A stretch of DNA of 63,862 bases, the filler included, from an uncultured bacterium (lineage in GTDB: Bacteria > CAYJRR01): NCBI GenBank assembly GCA_964372275.1. It is 8 parts of 8 records of this genome, joined end to end, with 100 filler letters (N's around TTAATTAATTAA, not from the genome) between each part and the next. Parts side by side here need not be neighbours in the genome. Positions count along the whole stretch, not along the records: positions 59,298 to 63,862 come from CAYJRR010000204.1; 7 more parts are not named here. One strand, given 5' to 3'. The notes below the pieces were generated by a model. The model saw only the letters and a list, made by a program, of their open reading frames with translations, did no database searches and was not told where the DNA came from. Below are positions 61,378 through 63,862 of this stretch, piece after piece; positions within the stretch are counted from its first letter, which is position 1, and each line of letters opens with the position of its first letter. The translations under genes were made by a program, and so were the position numbers.

Positions 61378-62841
61378 CTACCCAATCCGGGCGCGAATCA
61401 GATCGTTGAGGATCTTGGGGTTGGCCTTGCCGCCGGTCGCCTTCATCGCCTGTCCGACGAAGAAGCCGAACAGGCGCTCGTTGCCGCCCTTGTAGGCGGC
61501 GATCTTGTCCGGGTTGGCGGCCAGCACCTCGTCGACCACCTTGGCCAGCGCCGATTCGTCGGAGAGCTGCACCAACCCCTTCGCTTTCACGATCTCCGCG
61601 GCCGCCCCGCCCTGCGCGTAGAGCTCGGCGAAGACCTCCTTCGCCTGCTTCCCGGAGATGGCGCCGCTTGCGATCAACTTCAAAAGCTCGGCGATCTCCT
61701 TCGGCGCGAACTTCACCGCGCCGATCGACAGCCCCTCCTTGTTGAGGAGGCCGAACAGCTCGACGGTGATCCAGTTGGCAGAAGCCTTCGGCTCGGCGCC
61801 GGCGGCGAGCGCCGCCTCGAAGAAGGCGGCCTTTGCCGGATCGGCGGTCAGCACCCCGGCGTCGTAGTCGGACAGCCCCAGATCGCGCACGTAGCGCTCC
61901 GCCTTCTGGTGCCCCAGCTCCGGCATCGACGCGGCGACCTTCGCCCGCAGCCGCTCGTCGACCGCCAGCGGGACGAGGTCGGGCTCGGGGAAGTAGCGGT
62001 AGTCGTGCGCCTCCTCCTTGGAGCGCATCGAGAAGCTCTTCCCCTGGTCGGCGTTCCAGGTGCGGGTCTCCTGCACGATCTTCCCGCCGGCCTTGATCTC
62101 GCGGATCTGGCGGTCGATCTCGTACTCGATCGCCTTCTCCACGTTGCGGAAGGAGTTCATGTTCTTGAGCTCGATCCGCGTGCCGAACGCCGCCTGCCCC
62201 TTCGGACGCACCGACACGTTGGCGTCGCAGCGGAACGAGCCTTCCTCCATGTTGCCGTCGCAGACGTCGAGGTAGACGACGATCGAGTGCAGCGCGCGCA
62301 GGTAGTCGGCCGCCTCTGCCGCCGAGCGGATCTCCGGCTTCCCCACGATCTCGACCAGCGGGATCCCCGAGCGGTTGAAGTCGACGACGCTTTTCCCCGC
62401 CTCGGTGTAGACCTGCCCTTCGTGGAGGAGCTTCCCCGCGTCCTCCTCCATGTGGATCCGGACGAGCCCGATCTTCCGGGCCTTGGCGCCGACCCCGACC
62501 GGGATCGCCCCCCCTTCGCACAGCGGCTGGTCGAACTGCGAGATATGGTACCCCTTGGGGAGGTCGGCGTAGAAGTAGTTCTTCCGCGCAAAAACGCTCT
62601 TCGGGTGGATCGTGCAGCCGCAGGCCAGCCCCAACCGGATCGCCAGCTCGACCGCCCGTTCGTTGAGGACCGGAAGCGTCCCCGGGTGCCCGAGGCAGAT
62701 CTCGCAGGTGTGGGTGTTGGGGGGATCGCCGAAGCGGTTTTCGCACCCGCAGAAGATCTTGGTCCGCGTCCTGAGCTGCGCGTGGACCTCGAGTCCGATC
62801 ACCGGCTCGTACTCGACCTCGCCCGGCTTCGCTCCGCTCAT
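61378..62841 (-). CDS. gatB: Asp/Glu-tRNA amidotransferase subunit B
   Basis: [37 protein letters not shown]. Confidence 0.98.
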   Translation of the reverse strand: MSGAKPGEVEYEPVIGLEVHAQLRTRTKIFCGCENRFGDPPNTHTCEICLGHPGTLPVLNERAVELAIRLGLACGCTIHPKSVFARKNYFYADLPKGYHISQFDQPLCEGGAIPVGVGAKARKIGLVRIHMEEDAGKLLHEGQVYTEAGKSVVDFNRSGIPLVEIVGKPEIRSAAEAADYLRALHSIVVYLDVCDGNMEEGSFRCDANVSVRPKGQAAFGTRIELKNMNSFRNVEKAIEYEIDRQIREIKAGGKIVQETRTWNADQGKSFSMRSKEEAHDYRYFPEPDLVPLAVDERLRAKVAASMPELGHQKAERYVRDLGLSDYDAGVLTADPAKAAFFEAALAAGAEPKASANWITVELFGLLNKEGLSIGAVKFAPKEIAELLKLIASGAISGKQAKEVFAELYAQGGAAAEIVKAKGLVQLSDESALAKVVDEVLAANPDKIAAYKGGNERLFGFFVGQAMKATGGKANPKILNDLIRARIG

Positions 62842-63862
62842 GCGGCGGCTCCGATCGGCGGCTTCCTCGCCGCCACCCCCATCGCCGCCTCGATCGCCCC
62901 GGCGGCGCGGAACAGCGTCTCCTCGTCGAACGCCCGCCCGACGAGCTGCACGCCGACCGGAAGCGGGCGCCCGGTCCGGATGGCGAACCCGGCGGGAACG
63001 CTCATCCCCGGCAGCCCGGCGAGGTTCACCGCGATGGTGTAGATGTCGGAGAGGTACATCGTCAGCGGATCGTCGATCTTCTCCCCCAGCTTGAAGGCGG
63101 GGGTCGGCGAGACGGGGCCGAGGATCGCGTCGTGCGTCGCGAGCACCGACTCGAACGCCCGCCGGATCAGCGTCCGCACCTTCATCGCCTTGAGGTAGTA
63201 GGCGTCGTAGTAGCCGGCGGAGAGGACGTAGGTGCCGAGCAGGATCCGCCGCTTCACCTCCGCGCCGAACCCGGCGTTGCGGGTGCGGGCGTACATCTCG
63301 ACCAACCCCGGTGCGTCGACGCGCAACCCGTAGCGCACGCCGTCGTAGCGGGCGAGGTTCGACGACGCCTCCGCCGTGGCAACGAGGTAATACGTTGCCA
63401 CCGCGTACTCCGTGTAGGGGAGGCTCACCTCGGAGACGGCCGCGCCGGCCTTCGTCAGCGCCGCCGCGGCGTCGCGGACGACCTTCTCCACCTCCGGGTC
63501 GAGCCCGGCCCCGAAGTACTCCTTCGGCAGCGCAATCCGCAGACCGTTCACGTCGCCGCCGAGGCCGCGGCGCGCCGACGCCTCGAACGCCCCGACCGGG
63601 CGGTCGACGGAGGTGGAGTCGCGTGGATCGTGTCCGGCGATCGCCTCCAGCACGCGCGCCGCGTCCGCGACCGTCTTCGCCAGCGGCCCCCCCTGGTCGA
63701 GCGAGGAGGCGAAGGCGACCATCCCGTAGCGCGAGACGCGCCCGTAGGTCGGCTTGACGCCGACGACGCCGGAGAGCGACGCCGGCTGCCGGATCGAGCC
63801 GCCGGTGTCGGTGCCGGTCGTCGCGGCGGCGAGGTCGGCGGCCACCGCCGCGGCCGACCCGC
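62838..63862 (-). CDS. gatA: Asp/Glu-tRNA amidotransferase subunit A (5' truncated)
   Basis: [48 protein letters not shown]. Confidence 0.97.
   Translation of the reverse strand, partial: GSAAAVAADLAAATTGTDTGGSIRQPASLSGVVGVKPTYGRVSRYGMVAFASSLDQGGPLAKTVADAARVLEAIAGHDPRDSTSVDRPVGAFEASARRGLGGDVNGLRIALPKEYFGAGLDPEVEKVVRDAAAALTKAGAAVSEVSLPYTEYAVATYYLVATAEASSNLARYDGVRYGLRVDAPGLVEMYARTRNAGFGAEVKRRILLGTYVLSAGYYDAYYLKAMKVRTLIRRAFESVLATHDAILGPVSPTPAFKLGEKIDDPLTMYLSDIYTIAVNLAGLPGMSVPAGFAIRTGRPLPVGVQLVGRAFDEETLFRAAGAIEAAMGVAARKPPIGAAA

Overview
This window is not one continuous locus. It is eight ~8 kb contigs of a high-GC bacterial draft genome or MAG joined by artificial N44-TTAATTAATTAA-N44 linkers: 1-8619, 8720-17305, 17406-25906, 26007-34341, 34442-42713, 42814-51027, 51128-59197 and 59298-end. 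The complete contigs decrease in length, so adjacency across linkers means nothing. Gene orders suggest a Gram-negative deltaproteobacterial/Myxococcota-like organism (inference): rpoD-tRNA-Ile2-DUF164; hemL-atpZ-atpI-atpB; kdsD-kdsC-lpxL-lptC/A-lptB-rpoN-hpf; plus DUF6209, AgmC-like and FHA-GAF proteins. Most content is housekeeping: rpoD, rnpB, two tRNAs, tamAB, moeA, moeB, hemL, atp, acyl-CoA carboxylase, nrdJ, LPS transport, rpoN, cls, gatAB. Many orphan secreted proteins and lipoproteins are interspersed. I see no CRISPR array, integrase, transposase or prophage, and I cannot demonstrate a complete new multi-gene system. The best leads are: (1) an HPF hibernation factor with a tandemly duplicated C-terminal domain, plus a second HPF lacking that domain; (2) a natural single-chain LptC-LptA fusion; (3) tandem lipoprotein paralogs sharing an unrecognised domain; (4) a multi-hairpin interspersed repeat at two contig ends; (5) many genes with a -10 box 6-8 nt before the start codon, suggesting leaderless mRNAs; (6) sigma54 promoters, two with IHF-like sites, before several orphan secreted proteins, including a candidate permuted papain-like enzyme. 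All family calls come from motif recognition by eye; no database search was run.
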